From Paraphysomonas bandaiensis (taxonomy: Eukaryota > Protista > Chrysophyceae), in assembly GCA_965644295.1 (NCBI GenBank), contig CBFFRP010000290.1:43121-107120 (forward strand): 64,000 bases of DNA, written 5' to 3'. Below are positions 52,780-64,000 of this stretch, piece after piece (positions within the stretch are counted from its first letter, which is position 1; each line of letters opens with the position of its first letter). The position numbers and the translations under genes are program-made. The notes under the pieces are model-generated. The model worked only from the letters and a program-made list of their open reading frames with translations, ran no database searches and had not been told where the DNA came from.

Positions 52780-55020
52780 GGGACATTGACTCGCACGCCT
52801 GGTGTGTCGACTACGTCACCACCTCTACAACATATCTTCGCTACAAGTGCGCATCCCCAGACTGCAAACTTTTTTAGTGCTTAACACACAAATACTTCCG
52901 ACACTACTCTACAAAGCCACCAAAGCCTCGTGGACCTATGATAGGTATCTTGACATAGACAAACTAATTGCACGTGCAGCCAGGAAAGTCCTCCGTCTAC
53001 CCCCAGGATACCCCACCGCCCTCATCTACCTACCCACGAAATACAAAGGACTAGGCCTGCGCAAGTTCTCCACCTGTGCCCAGACCCAAAAGTGGCACAC
53101 ACTCCAAAGGGCCATCACCCTTGGAGGGGAATCCAAGAGCGCCGCCATATCCATATTGCAACGTCACGATCACAACCACCCAAACCTCGACCTGTACATT
53201 ACCAGCCTGGTCCAATGGGGACAACAGCTCGGAATCCGACTGCAGCCCCCATCCCCGGCCACATCCCAATTCTGAGAAACCATCGACATGGTTCAATCAC
53301 AGCTCCAACTGCACGATAATCATCCACATGATTTTCAAGCCATCTTCACTGATGGTTCTTTTTCACTCGCACTAACCTCTCTCCTGCTCACCTACTAGTA
53401 GGTGATTCCCACACGCAGCCCGCAACGCACAACGGGGGGCAGCAATTGTCTGGCTTCCGCCCAAAACCAACTGGAGCACAGGACTAACCAAAATCCTCCG
53501 ACTTACAGCCCCTGAGCATACCCTACCTGGGCTCACCCCATACACCTACGAGACCCTGGCAATATGTCAGCAGCCCTCACGTTCTCTAAACTCATATCCC
53601 CCTCCGTACCTATGTGCACCGACTGCCAAGCAGTACAATCACGAACCACGGAAGCTCTCTCCCGTCGGCGGCGAGCCCTCGGCACAAAACCCCAGGGCAT
53701 CTTTTACGAATGCCTCGCCACAACAGATAATCACCGACAGCGGCCGATCCGATGGGTCCGCTCCCATCCAGAACGCCGAACACAAGATTGGAACAAATGG
53801 AACTACAATGACTACGGCATTTACATAGCTGACGCTGCCGCCAGTGGGGAGTGGTCGACGATAGACAAAATACTAGGCGGCACAAACTACAGCGTGGTCA
53901 CAACTGAGATCACACATCTCATCGACGAATTCTTCACTGCCGGCCAATGGCAATGGAGAAGATATGACAAATTCCTCCACACCGACTGCGGACCCATGCT
54001 CGGGGACGTCACCGAACTCCAACACCAATGGGACCTCCACCAATACATCCTCACGCGGGACGGCACGTACCCCACAAGTGCAACCCGAGACTCGCAGTAC
54101 TGGACACGCAGCGGAACCAGGCTTTTCCACACAAACTTCATCCCCTCAAGACAAATAACTCTCCCAAATGCTATGTCCCATTCCACGACCGCATTCGCGA
54201 AACAGCATACGTGTGGGACAAATCCTACGCGATGGGCAGAAATCGAGCCAAGGGCAAACAAGGAGACGAACTCACAACAGCAGCCAAATGTACAGATTGC
54301 GACCACAACTTGGACATCATGGCGCACATGCTCCTCCAATGCCCACACCCCGAGATCGCCCAAATACGTGAAAAAGCCTTCCACGCACAACAAACTCAGC
54401 TTACCAAACTCCATGAGAAACGACAACCCATCCCCTGGCTACACAATGCCCTACGTAGACACGCGAGGGCTGCTTGGGATCCCGACACACCTCAAGTTGT
54501 GAGATACTGGACCGGCCAACTAACAGCCTCGCAACTGGCTAACGCTTTCGGCCACAACATTTCCACCTCGATACTTGATCACCAGTTCCACAAGCTCGAA
54601 AACTCAGTCACCAAAATCCTGCTCCCTCTCTACAATGGAGGACTAAACATGCTCAAAAACAGAGGCTGTAGGTTTCACAGACTCGACGCGACAACAATGA
54701 CTCCACCCCCGGCTAACGCCAGCAGCTCACAACCACACCGCACACACTCCGCCACCAACCCGACGATCCTTCAGCTACTTAAAGTAACATCCACCCCCAG
54801 AGCCGTGCCCCCCAAGAGACCTCGTCCCCAACGCGGGCCTGTCAACCCGATCCGGAGGCAGACGACACTCATTCCCGACAGAACTCCAACCGCAACTAGC
54901 GAACCCAAAACCCCCGCTGCCACACATTCACAGAATGGCACGTCACCCCCCTCCCCCCGGCTCGCACACGGAACTGGACCACCAGACACACTACCCAAAG
55001 GAAGACCACCTGACTAAACG
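52780..55020 (+). mobile_element. 5'-truncated, frameshifted non-LTR retrotransposon (RT C-terminus, RNase H, Cys/His finger)
   Basis: ILPTLLY...ARKVLRLP...YLPTKYKGLGL; RNase H IFTDGS...YTYE...CTDCQA...WVRSH...IADAAA; CTDC...AHMLLQC; C/A-rich sense strand. Confidence 0.75.
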
Positions 55021-55275
55021 TAAAACAAGGGATGGTTGCACCAAGGTGCTTGCAGCAATGCACAAGAAGCAACCTTAAGACAAACGTGGGACAAATGTTG
55101 AAATTTGGGACTTTTGATTGAAAGCTATATTCTACGAGTATTTTTAATGTTGATTTGTCCCTATACGTGTTATTCGAGTAGTTTGCAAGAAGTTTTCATA
55201 ATAATAATATGATATTTTAATAAAATATATGAATCATCTATTCTTTATAAGTGGTAACCGTGCGTCTGTTACTCC

Positions 55276-55756
55276 GAACTTCAGGACTCCACGCCAGTTG
55301 TTGAACTTAGACAACAACCCAAATGAGAGAGGGGTGCTCAGTGCAGATACTATGGAGGTCCTAAACACGCCATCGATGGAAGGCTACAAAAACACGTGTT
55401 ACTGTTCAAGCACAGTGATGCGAAACATGTATGGACTTTTATGGCTTGAAACACAAGACTGGGAGTGAAGTGTTAAAGTGTATGAAGGACATGGTAGAGA
55501 CCCAACTTGTCAAAGAAGGATTACAACTACGACAATGTCATGCAGATGGCGCAGGAGAACTAGTAGGGCAACATGTCAGGTAGTAGTACATACGTGAAAC
55601 CAACAGCACAAGGACTATGTACAGGTTACTTGGACGACGACTCCACGTGACACCCAAAATGAATTCGCTGTCGGAACACACTAATCGTACTGTGAAGGAG
55701 ATGGCCCTCTTGCTATCTTGCTCGATTGTGGCATCAATATTTTGGTTCAAAGCAGT
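55276..55756 (+). pseudogene. Copia integrase fragment of the same family as 34934-39812
   Basis: Aligns by eye to ~36920-37388 (NFRTPRQL.NLDNNP.ERGVLSADTMEVLNTPSMEGYK). Confidence 0.9.
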
Positions 55757-56135
55757 GCTGAAGTTGTTGTGATGAACAAACCTGGAGAAACGCTCTAAAC
55801 CTGGTGAAATTTTAAAAATGTCGATTTTAGTTGTGTTTTTATGTGTTTTGCAATAAGTAATAATGTAGTAGGTGTATAGAGATCATGTTTTTAGAGACAT
55901 TTAATATATTTTATATAAGTTACAGCAGGTCCAAAAAGTGAGAATGTAACGGTTAATGAAACGGTTAATACATACATGCATACTATTATATAGTACTATA
56001 TTATATATATATATTATTACAAAGTACTATCTATTATCGTCTGAGTCATTGACGATTATAATATCACCACAATCCCAGCCCTCCTCCCTCCTCCTGGCAT
56101 CAAGCATTGCCTTCTTTGCACGTGCTTCTTTCTGG

Positions 56136-59100
56136 CAGAAGATTGACCACCGATATTATGTGCGATAAGATTGGGCTTGCGGATGGCAATTCCAGCAGAA
56201 CGATTTGTGACGAGAAAATTGACGAGAAGGATGTCCAATCTTAGATTAGTACTTGCGAAACATCGCCCAGTGGTATTTGCACCACAGGGTTGCAGATTCT
56301 AGTTTGATGACTACTTGTTTGACTCCATTTCTCGCAGACGAAGTAGTCTTTAACTTTTTGTTTAGATATGTACGCAACTCTTTGTCCGTTGTAAGTATGT
56401 ATTTGCGCACATTCTTATCATGATGTCTTTAGTGGTGTATATCGTTTCATTGGCGGAATCATATTTATACAGTTAAAAATATTGACACAATGTTTTCAAC
56501 TGAGTAATTGCAAGATGAAAGGGCTGTTTTCAGTATCGACCGTTCTGAAGATATTTGTATACTATGATTTAGATTTCGCACACTATTATAGTTATCCCCA
56601 TTTTGCGACCTGAATTGGGTTCAACAAAACGCTCATATAAATACGCAAATATAGACATTCAACTTCAATATTCGGTTCGAACATAAACTCTCTGCAAGGG
56701 CTAGGGAAATATATATTAGGGTGTACAGGCTTGTATAACCATTAATGGTAAAGGCTATTTATGGCCATTAATGGCCTTCCCCCATAAAATGGAAAAAAGC
56801 AATTCATTAATGGCCATAAAAATGGGGGAGAGATGTAGTGCCCATTAATGGCAATATCCATTAGGTAGTATCTTGTTGTCAGCACCAATGAGCACCGAGA
56901 GATAGTGTATGACGTGTATTGATTGCACAGTGTCTATATATTGTACAGTCATACTTCTACGTGTGTTATGCTCAGGCAGGGTGCACCGAGAGATAGTGTG
57001 TGACGTGTATTGGTTGTGTGATGGGTATATGTTGTATATTGTTATGCTACACTTCTATTCTCTCGTTGAGCCGAGTGCATGCAAGAGGCTCACGTTGTAC
57101 TAAGAGACAATAGTGTATCACGTGTATTGTTTGTGTGATGGCAATGGGGTGAACTACAGTACAATGTGAGTGAGAAAGTGATAAATATTCATGGACTTAG
57201 TGTAAAAGGAAAGTTATCATGATCGTACGTAAGTTGTATATTTAAATCACAAGTGGCTAGAAACAATGTAGCTACGAGTAGGGCAATGACTGCTGACTGC
57301 TGGCAACTACACATATTTCGCTCATCATGATGATCAATGGGTTGACAGTGCTAGTATGAGGGCAGATAACGTGGGTGCTGGTAAGCAAAAAGGCGCTTCT
57401 GTTACATCCTATGAGACTTAAAATTATAATAAAATTAATATTTTTTGTTGTCTCTAACCCTAATATCACAAATAGAATAGTTTCTTTAACATTTCTACTT
57501 AAATACTGTAAATACTCTTAAATTTCCCAAAATATCGTAAAATTCCCACGTTTGCATAATGTTTACTTCATGTAAAAATACGTGACAAGCCACGACCTTC
57601 CGGTCCATTATACCTATTTAAGTCATTTAAGCAATCTGTTTTAAGAATTCATATAAATTGGTGTGATAACATCACAATCATGTTGTACATGTTAACATGA
57701 ATTGATTATATACCACCTTTTCTAGTTTTAAATTCACAGCGCAGCCACTTGTCAGCATAAGCAATAAGAACACTATGTAATATATTATAATAATACAAAA
57801 AGATAAAAATATGTAAAGATTGTGAGTATAGTGAATAAGCAATAAACGGAGATTTTAATTTAAACGAGAAGAAATTACAACACGAGTGGCTCGATCATAT
57901 TTGCAGTGTGTACGTGACAACACATATATAATATAATGAACAAACGTTGCATTTTTAATACTTCTTATTAAATCGCCATTTGCTCAGAGTTCTCAGTCAT
58001 GTTGATCTGCAACTTCATCCATCTCTTGTTTATGTTCCCATTTTTTTCCCTCTTTTTTGCGTTGTTGCAACAAATATACCATTTATTGATGATATTATAG
58101 TTGCTGATGATGTTTAAGAACATTGTTCGCATTATTAGCTATAATCTCTGACCTGTAACATGGGAACGAACTGCTCATCATTGCTGTTAAATAGCTAGTA
58201 CTTTTAGTCTAATTATTAACACTTTCCATTTACTTCTTTCTAAAGCAATGAAGCAATAGTAATCAAACCATTAATGGCCATAAAAATGGGGGAAGCAAAA
58301 TGCCATTAATGATGCATTCCCCTATCAATCTGTTATTGGTGCCCTCTAACGTACTTGGCAGTGCATACTAGACCAGACATATGGCATATACAGTAAATCT
58401 TCTCTCCCGGTTCACCACTAAAGACCCACGTACGCTGCTTGTCAAGCTGCTCTGCATACTTTACTGTATTTAGAAAATACAGTTGATAAAGGTATTCTCT
58501 TCCCTAATTTCACAGATTGGGCCGGAGATCTTGATACCTGCAGATCCACTACAGGGTATATCATCGTATACCTGTGGGACGGGACATTGACTCGCACGCC
58601 TGGTGTGTCGACTACGTCACCACCTCTACAACATATCTTCGCTACAAGTGCGCATCCCCAGACTGCAAACTTTTTTAGTGCTTAACACACAAATACTTCC
58701 GACACTACTCTACAAAGCCACCAAAGCCTCGTGGACCTATGATAGGTATCTTGACATAGACAAACTAATTGCACGTGCAGCCAGGAAAGTCCTCCGTCTA
58801 CCCCCAGGATACCCCACCGCCCTCATCTACCTACCCACGAAATACAAAGGACTAGGCCTGCGCAAGTTCTCCACCTGTGCCCAGACCCAAAAGTGGCACA
58901 CACTCCAAAGGGCCATCACCCTTGGAGGGGAATCCAAGAGCGCCGCCATATCCATATTGCAACGTCACGATCACAACCACCCAAACCTCGACCTGTACAT
59001 TACCAGCCTGGTCCAATGGGGACAACAGCTCGGAATCCGACTGCAGCCCCCATCCCCGGCCACATCCCAATTCTGAGAAACCATCGACATGGTTCAATCA

Positions 59101-60596
59101 CAGCTCCAACTGCACGATAATCATCCACATGATTTTCAAGCCATCTTCACTGATGGTTCTTTTTCACTCGCACTAACCTCTCTCCTGCTCACCTACTAGT
59201 AGGTGATTCCCACACGCAGCCCGCAACGCACAACGGGGGGCAGCAATTGTCTGGCTTCCGCCCAAAACCAACTGGAGCACAGGACTAACCAAAATCCTCC
59301 GACTTACAGCCCCTGAGCATACCCTACCTGGGCTCACCCCATACACCTACGAGACCCTGGCAATATGTCAGCAGCCCTCACGTTCTCTAAACTCATATCC
59401 CCCTCCGTACCTATGTGCACCGACTGCCAAGCAGTACAATCACGAACCACGGAAGCTCTCTCCCGTCGGCGGCGAGCCCTCGGCACAAAACCCCAGGGCA
59501 TCTTTTACGAATGCCTCGCCACAACAGATAATCACCGACAGCGGCCGATCCGATGGGTCCGCTCCCATCCAGAACGCCGAACACAAGATTGGAACAAATG
59601 GAACTACAATGACTACGGCATTTACATAGCTGACGCTGCCGCCAGTGGGGAGTGGTCGACGATAGACAAAATACTAGGCGGCACAAACTACAGCGTGGTC
59701 ACAACTGAGATCACACATCTCATCGACGAATTCTTCACTGCCGGCCAATGGCAATGGAGAAGATATGACAAATTCCTCCACACCGACTGCGGACCCATGC
59801 TCGGGGACGTCACCGAACTCCAACACCAATGGGACCTCCACCAATACATCCTCACGCGGGACGGCACGTACCCCACAAGTGCAACCCGAGACTCGCAGTA
59901 CTGGACACGCAGCGGAACCAGGCTTTTCCACACAAACTTCATCCCCTCAAGACAAATAACTCTCCCAAATGCTATGTCCCATTCCACGACCGCATTCGCG
60001 AAACAGCATACGTGTGGGACAAATCCTACGCGATGGGCAGAAATCGAGCCAAGGGCAAACAAGGAGACGAACTCACAACAGCAGCCAAATGTACAGATTG
60101 CGACCACAACTTGGACATCATGGCGCACATGCTCCTCCAATGCCCACACCCCGAGATCGCCCAAATACGTGAAAAAGCCTTCCACGCACAACAAACTCAG
60201 CTTACCAAACTCCATGAGAAACGACAACCCATCCCCTGGCTACACAATGCCCTACGTAGACACGCGAGGGCTGCTTGGGATCCCGACACACCTCAAGTTG
60301 TGAGATACTGGACCGGCCAACTAACAGCCTCGCAACTGGCTAACGCTTTCGGCCACAACATTTCCACCTCGATACTTGATCACCAGTTCCACAAGCTCGA
60401 AAACTCAGTCACCAAAATCCTGCTCCCTCTCTACAATGGAGGACTAAACATGCTCAAAAACAGAGGCTGTAGGTTTCACAGACTCGACGCGACAACAATG
60501 ACTCCACCCCCGGCTAACGCCAGCAGCTCACAACCACACCGCACACACTCCGCCACCAACCCGACGATCCTTCAGCTACTTAAAGTAACATCCACC
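56136..60596. repeat. Unit 2 of the tandem duplication, cut by a Gypsy insertion
   Basis: Essentially identical to 50334-54795; identity ends at ...ACATCCACC|TGTCACG. Confidence 0.95.
58581..60596 (+). mobile_element. Duplicate of the RNase H LINE fragment
   Basis: ORFs 58603, 59365 and 59829 repeat 52802, 53564 and 54028. Confidence 0.75.
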
Positions 60597-61333
60597 TGTC
60601 ACGCAGCAGTATACACTGCGTGTATTTGTATATAGAATACTGTGCTGTATATAGTGTGTATATATCGTATATATCTGGAGCAGTATATGGTATATATATG
60701 GTATACATATGCATATAGAGGTTGTCATATACAGGGTATATTCACTGTATTTGGGACTTACCTTTATCAGTTTACGACATTCGAGGCTTTCAGTTTAGTA
60801 GCTGAGATACGTTTTTCAGTTTCTGACGGCGATTCACATTTGATTTGGACTGAAGTCCAGAACTTCGAAGTTTTAGTACAAAATACGTGATTTCGTAGAT
60901 AGTCGAAGTTTTCGTATGTGAATATTGGTTTTAGTACGTGAATATTGTTTTTCGAGTGTGAAGTGTTGATCGTAGTGTAGTGTTGATCTACGTTGAACGA
61001 GATGGGTGTTTGCTCATTCTTGTCGCTGACTTTATAATTTACTTTTCTTAAAGAGCACCTACGGTTTGTTAGTGTTTCTGGCAGTGCGCCCGTCGTTGCG
61101 CCCTGGACAGTATCGCAGCCCGCTGGCGGATACTATTTTGGTGGGTTGTAGAGTTTAGACAAGAGATCATCTTTTCTTGGTCCATTCAGAGTTGAGTCAC
61201 GGTTTGTGAGTCATCTGCGGGCACAGAAAAGTTACAGTAATATTACTTAGCTTAGCTTAGCAGTATATTTGTACCAAGTTAATATATATTGAGCCCAAGA
61301 GATAAGTGTGTTTAGTTTTCGTGTGATTGAGCC

Positions 61334-63091
61334 ATGGAGCCTGGAGGCTTCCAAGACATGGTCAACATGTTCAGTCAACAATTTCAGCAGCTAAGGGACG
61401 AGCTTCGGGAGGATATTCAGCAGCAGTTGCAGCAGCAGGAGGAGCGTTCCAAGAAGCAGAATCAACAGCTTCGGGACGATATTCAGCAGCAGTTGCAGGA
61501 GCAGAACCAGCAGCTTCGGGAGGACATGCATCAGCTTAACCAGCAACAGCTAAGGCAGGAGGAGAATTTCAATGAGTTTCGAGTTGAAGTTACTCAACGT
61601 CTTACAGCAGTCGAAGAGATAAGATCTCGGAGGACTTCACCAGCAGCTTCAGTTGTAGGTCTAGATGAAGTGGTACCTCGTGAGGAGGACATATCGAATA
61701 TAATTCATAATGAAGATGCGTCAACTACTTCTAGGGGTATTGAAGTTAATGTAGGACCCATTACTCATCATCATACAGAGCAGTACATTGATCCAGCTCT
61801 ATTGCAGTCACAAATTGAGACAGCTATTCGACAGGGAGTTAGAAATGCCACTCAGAGTATTTTGGAGGAGAGCAGTATAGTGCAACCCCGTCAGGATAAG
61901 AGACAAACGCTACAAACGGTACAGGAAGCGGTTGCTGAAGCAGAGAAGAGGCAAGTCAAGAAGATTATGTTGACAACTGAGGACAAGTCATATAAGAGAA
62001 CGATTTCGCTTTCGGAAATTGATTTAGATAAGTTCATGCGGTTTCTTGAGGATATAGCTGAGTTTGAGAAGTGCAATTATGATCAGCCAATTCCTTCAGT
62101 ATTCATATTGATCAAGGGTCGAGCCAAAGAGACTGTGAAGCATACTTTAATGGGGTTATTTCCTCATGTGTATCCAACTACTTTGAGTTGTAATGATGCT
62201 TCGATAACTGATATAATGTCTGCAGTAAAACATGATATCAGGCCACTGGATGTAGTCGCATTTAATGATATGTTGTTAAAATCTTGCACTGCGTACCAAG
62301 TGTATATGGATAAGTTGGAGGATTTTAAGAGAGTTGATGAGGAGTTATGCATTCTTGAAACAAAGTTTACACAGCGTTATGAATTCTTGGTTGATGCGTG
62401 CAAAAGTAATGGTTTGTATGAAAGTATTCCATTAGTAACAATTAAGAATGGGGGTTCTCTGGAGACTTTCATGAGGTTGATTCCATTTAGCATGAAGGAT
62501 ACTATGAGAAGACTTCTGAAAGTGGAGAATTTTGCCTCTGTACAAGCATTTCTTACTGAGTTCTTTAGTCATTTGAAGATTACGAGAGAGTTAGACGAGA
62601 AGCACCAGCAGTTTAAACGGAGGTTCCGCTTTAATTTTAAGAAGAAAGGGGATGTGAAAACTGTGAATTCAGCAGAAGGAGCAGATGATTTATCTTTTGA
62701 AAGAAGTAGTGATAAGGATAATCCCAGTGAGGAGGAAAACAGTGTCTTAGTTGTGAAAGATATGGAACAGTCACCATGTTATAGACAGATGACTCAGGAA
62801 GGTGGTTGCAAAGAGAAGAATTGTAAATTTTCACATGATAAGGTAATTCTTAATGAAGCTTTTAAGAAGATGGGTTCTCGATTAGGATTCAGTTTGATAC
62901 CAAAACCGTCTTTTAATGCGCCTCCACAGAAGAATCAGTCGTCTAATCCAGGTCATTTTAGGAAAATCCCGGGAACTGGTAAACATCAACCCAAAGTCAA
63001 ATTGTTGAGTCACTTGAGAGCAGAAGCAGATACGGATAGTGGTGGTAGTGGCGAAGAAATTGACTATGATGATAACGATGATGATTTGTGA
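61334..63091 (+). CDS. Gypsy Gag with a Q-rich coiled coil and a CCCH-type finger
   Basis: 585-aa ORF; repeats QLREDIQQQLQ; CYRQMTQEGGCKEKNCKFSH. Confidence 0.8.
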   Translation: MEPGGFQDMVNMFSQQFQQLRDELREDIQQQLQQQEERSKKQNQQLRDDIQQQLQEQNQQLREDMHQLNQQQLRQEENFNEFRVEVTQRLTAVEEIRSRRTSPAASVVGLDEVVPREEDISNIIHNEDASTTSRGIEVNVGPITHHHTEQYIDPALLQSQIETAIRQGVRNATQSILEESSIVQPRQDKRQTLQTVQEAVAEAEKRQVKKIMLTTEDKSYKRTISLSEIDLDKFMRFLEDIAEFEKCNYDQPIPSVFILIKGRAKETVKHTLMGLFPHVYPTTLSCNDASITDIMSAVKHDIRPLDVVAFNDMLLKSCTAYQVYMDKLEDFKRVDEELCILETKFTQRYEFLVDACKSNGLYESIPLVTIKNGGSLETFMRLIPFSMKDTMRRLLKVENFASVQAFLTEFFSHLKITRELDEKHQQFKRRFRFNFKKKGDVKTVNSAEGADDLSFERSSDKDNPSEEENSVLVVKDMEQSPCYRQMTQEGGCKEKNCKFSHDKVILNEAFKKMGSRLGFSLIPKPSFNAPPQKNQSSNPGHFRKIPGTGKHQPKVKLLSHLRAEADTDSGGSGEEIDYDDNDDDL

Positions 63092-64000
63092 CTAGAGGTG
63101 TTAACAGCAGTTGTGAACTTGAATCAATTTTCATGCAAGGAGTTTAGAGCTGCTGCTCATCGTTGTGGTGTCATTGTAAATAGTGATAGTGAAGAGATTG
63201 ATGTCGATATCGTTTTGTTTGATTCGGGTGCCAGTTCGAATAATTTTATATCGGATAAGTTTTACAAGAGATATGAACGTTTTTTGGAAAAGGATGTCAT
63301 TTATAATAAATTAATAGTGAGAGTAGCAAATGGACAGGAGGTAGTCATACCTGGATATGTACCAGTGAAAATTGTATTCAAAGATCATGATAAGGAGTAC
63401 GAAGCATGGGTTAAACTGTATATTTTGAAAGGAATGACAAAGGATATCATTATCGGATTGCCTACAATATGTGAACATTTCAGTGAATTATTTATCAAAA
63501 TGATTAAATCAGCGAGTAATGATTCAAATAATTTGTTGTCTCAGTTGGCAGTTGTTAGTGATGATGTTGAGGAACTGAAGAATTATATTGTGTCCGGTTC
63601 AGTTATACAACCATGGGAGAATCCAGTTAATCAATGTGCTGAGGAGGATGACCTAATACCAGAGCCTTGTAGTTTTGGAGGAATTTTGAATTTTCTGGAA
63701 GTGTCAGTTGCGAAAGCAAGAGAGTTGTATTTGGAAGAAGTGGAGTCTAGAGTTAATTCGGAATTTGCTAGTGCGACTGATGTGGTTCAATTCCTAAAGG
63801 AGGAGGCAATTGATGTGTTTGTGCCCTGTGATTGGAAAGGTATTCAACATGTTAAACCATTGAGATTACAGACCAAGAATAGTATTCCCGATCGTATTAA
63901 GCCCAGGAATATGAGGAGGATTCCACCTGCGTTGTATCAGAAAACTAAGGAGGAGTTTCAGAGAATGAATAAATATTTCTACCGACCAAGCACCAGTCCT
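63092..64000 (+). CDS. Gypsy Pol (protease and start of RT), in frame after the gag TGA; partial
   Basis: Manual translation is open to the window end: LEVLTAVV...VLFDSGASSNNFIS...VRVANG...DIIIGLPTI...KEEFQRMNKYFYRPSTSP. Confidence 0.9.

Larger units (their letters stand above)
50334..56135. repeat. Unit 1 of a 5.8-kb tandem segmental duplication
   Basis: 50334-54795 recurs at 56136-60596 (offset 5802, then 5801 after one A-run indel). Confidence 0.95.
60597..64000 (+). mobile_element. Young Ty3/Gypsy LTR retrotransposon (5' part); probable 5' LTR 60597-60779
   Basis: Starts with TGTC exactly at the duplication break, candidate LTR end GACA at 60779; gag is followed by protease and the start of RT with no integrase in between. 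Confidence 0.88.

Overview
Eukaryotic nuclear DNA from a compact genome with short GT-AG introns, most likely a flagellated stramenopile (inferred from ZMYND10, CoDi-like Copia elements and a Crypton-like element). The first half (1-34.1 kb) is gene-rich. It holds the 5' end of an APH/hydroxylysine-kinase-like gene, CWC24/RNF113A, a bifunctional enoyl-CoA hydratase/3-hydroxyacyl-CoA dehydrogenase, DESI2, a DUF296 protein, BOLA2, cytosolic HSP70 with a perfect heat-shock element, a tandem-cupredoxin membrane protein, a SAMHD1-like dNTPase, RPS20, an enolase-superfamily enzyme and a ZMYND10 lacking its MYND finger. It is interrupted by (TACA)n tracts, a truncated Copia inside a 923-bp duplication, a head-to-tail Crypton-like array inserted at CATACATA, and a hAT-type MITE. 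The second half is mostly mobile DNA: a near-complete Copia, an AT-rich virus-like island with a NUMOD4-HNH-AP2 endonuclease, Gypsy and Copia gag relics, a Tc1/IS630 relic, one DysF/PH host gene, a 5.8-kb tandem duplication carrying an RNase H LINE, and a young Gypsy running off the window. Three observations stand out. (1) A ~100-nt, Pol III-like, pseudoknot-capable ncRNA candidate lies just downstream of the HNH gene. (2) The young Gypsy joins gag to pol through UGA-CUAG plus a 16-bp stem, suggesting programmed readthrough. (3) The Crypton-like array looks microsatellite-targeted and has recombination-site-like junctions. All family calls come from motifs read by eye; no database search was run.
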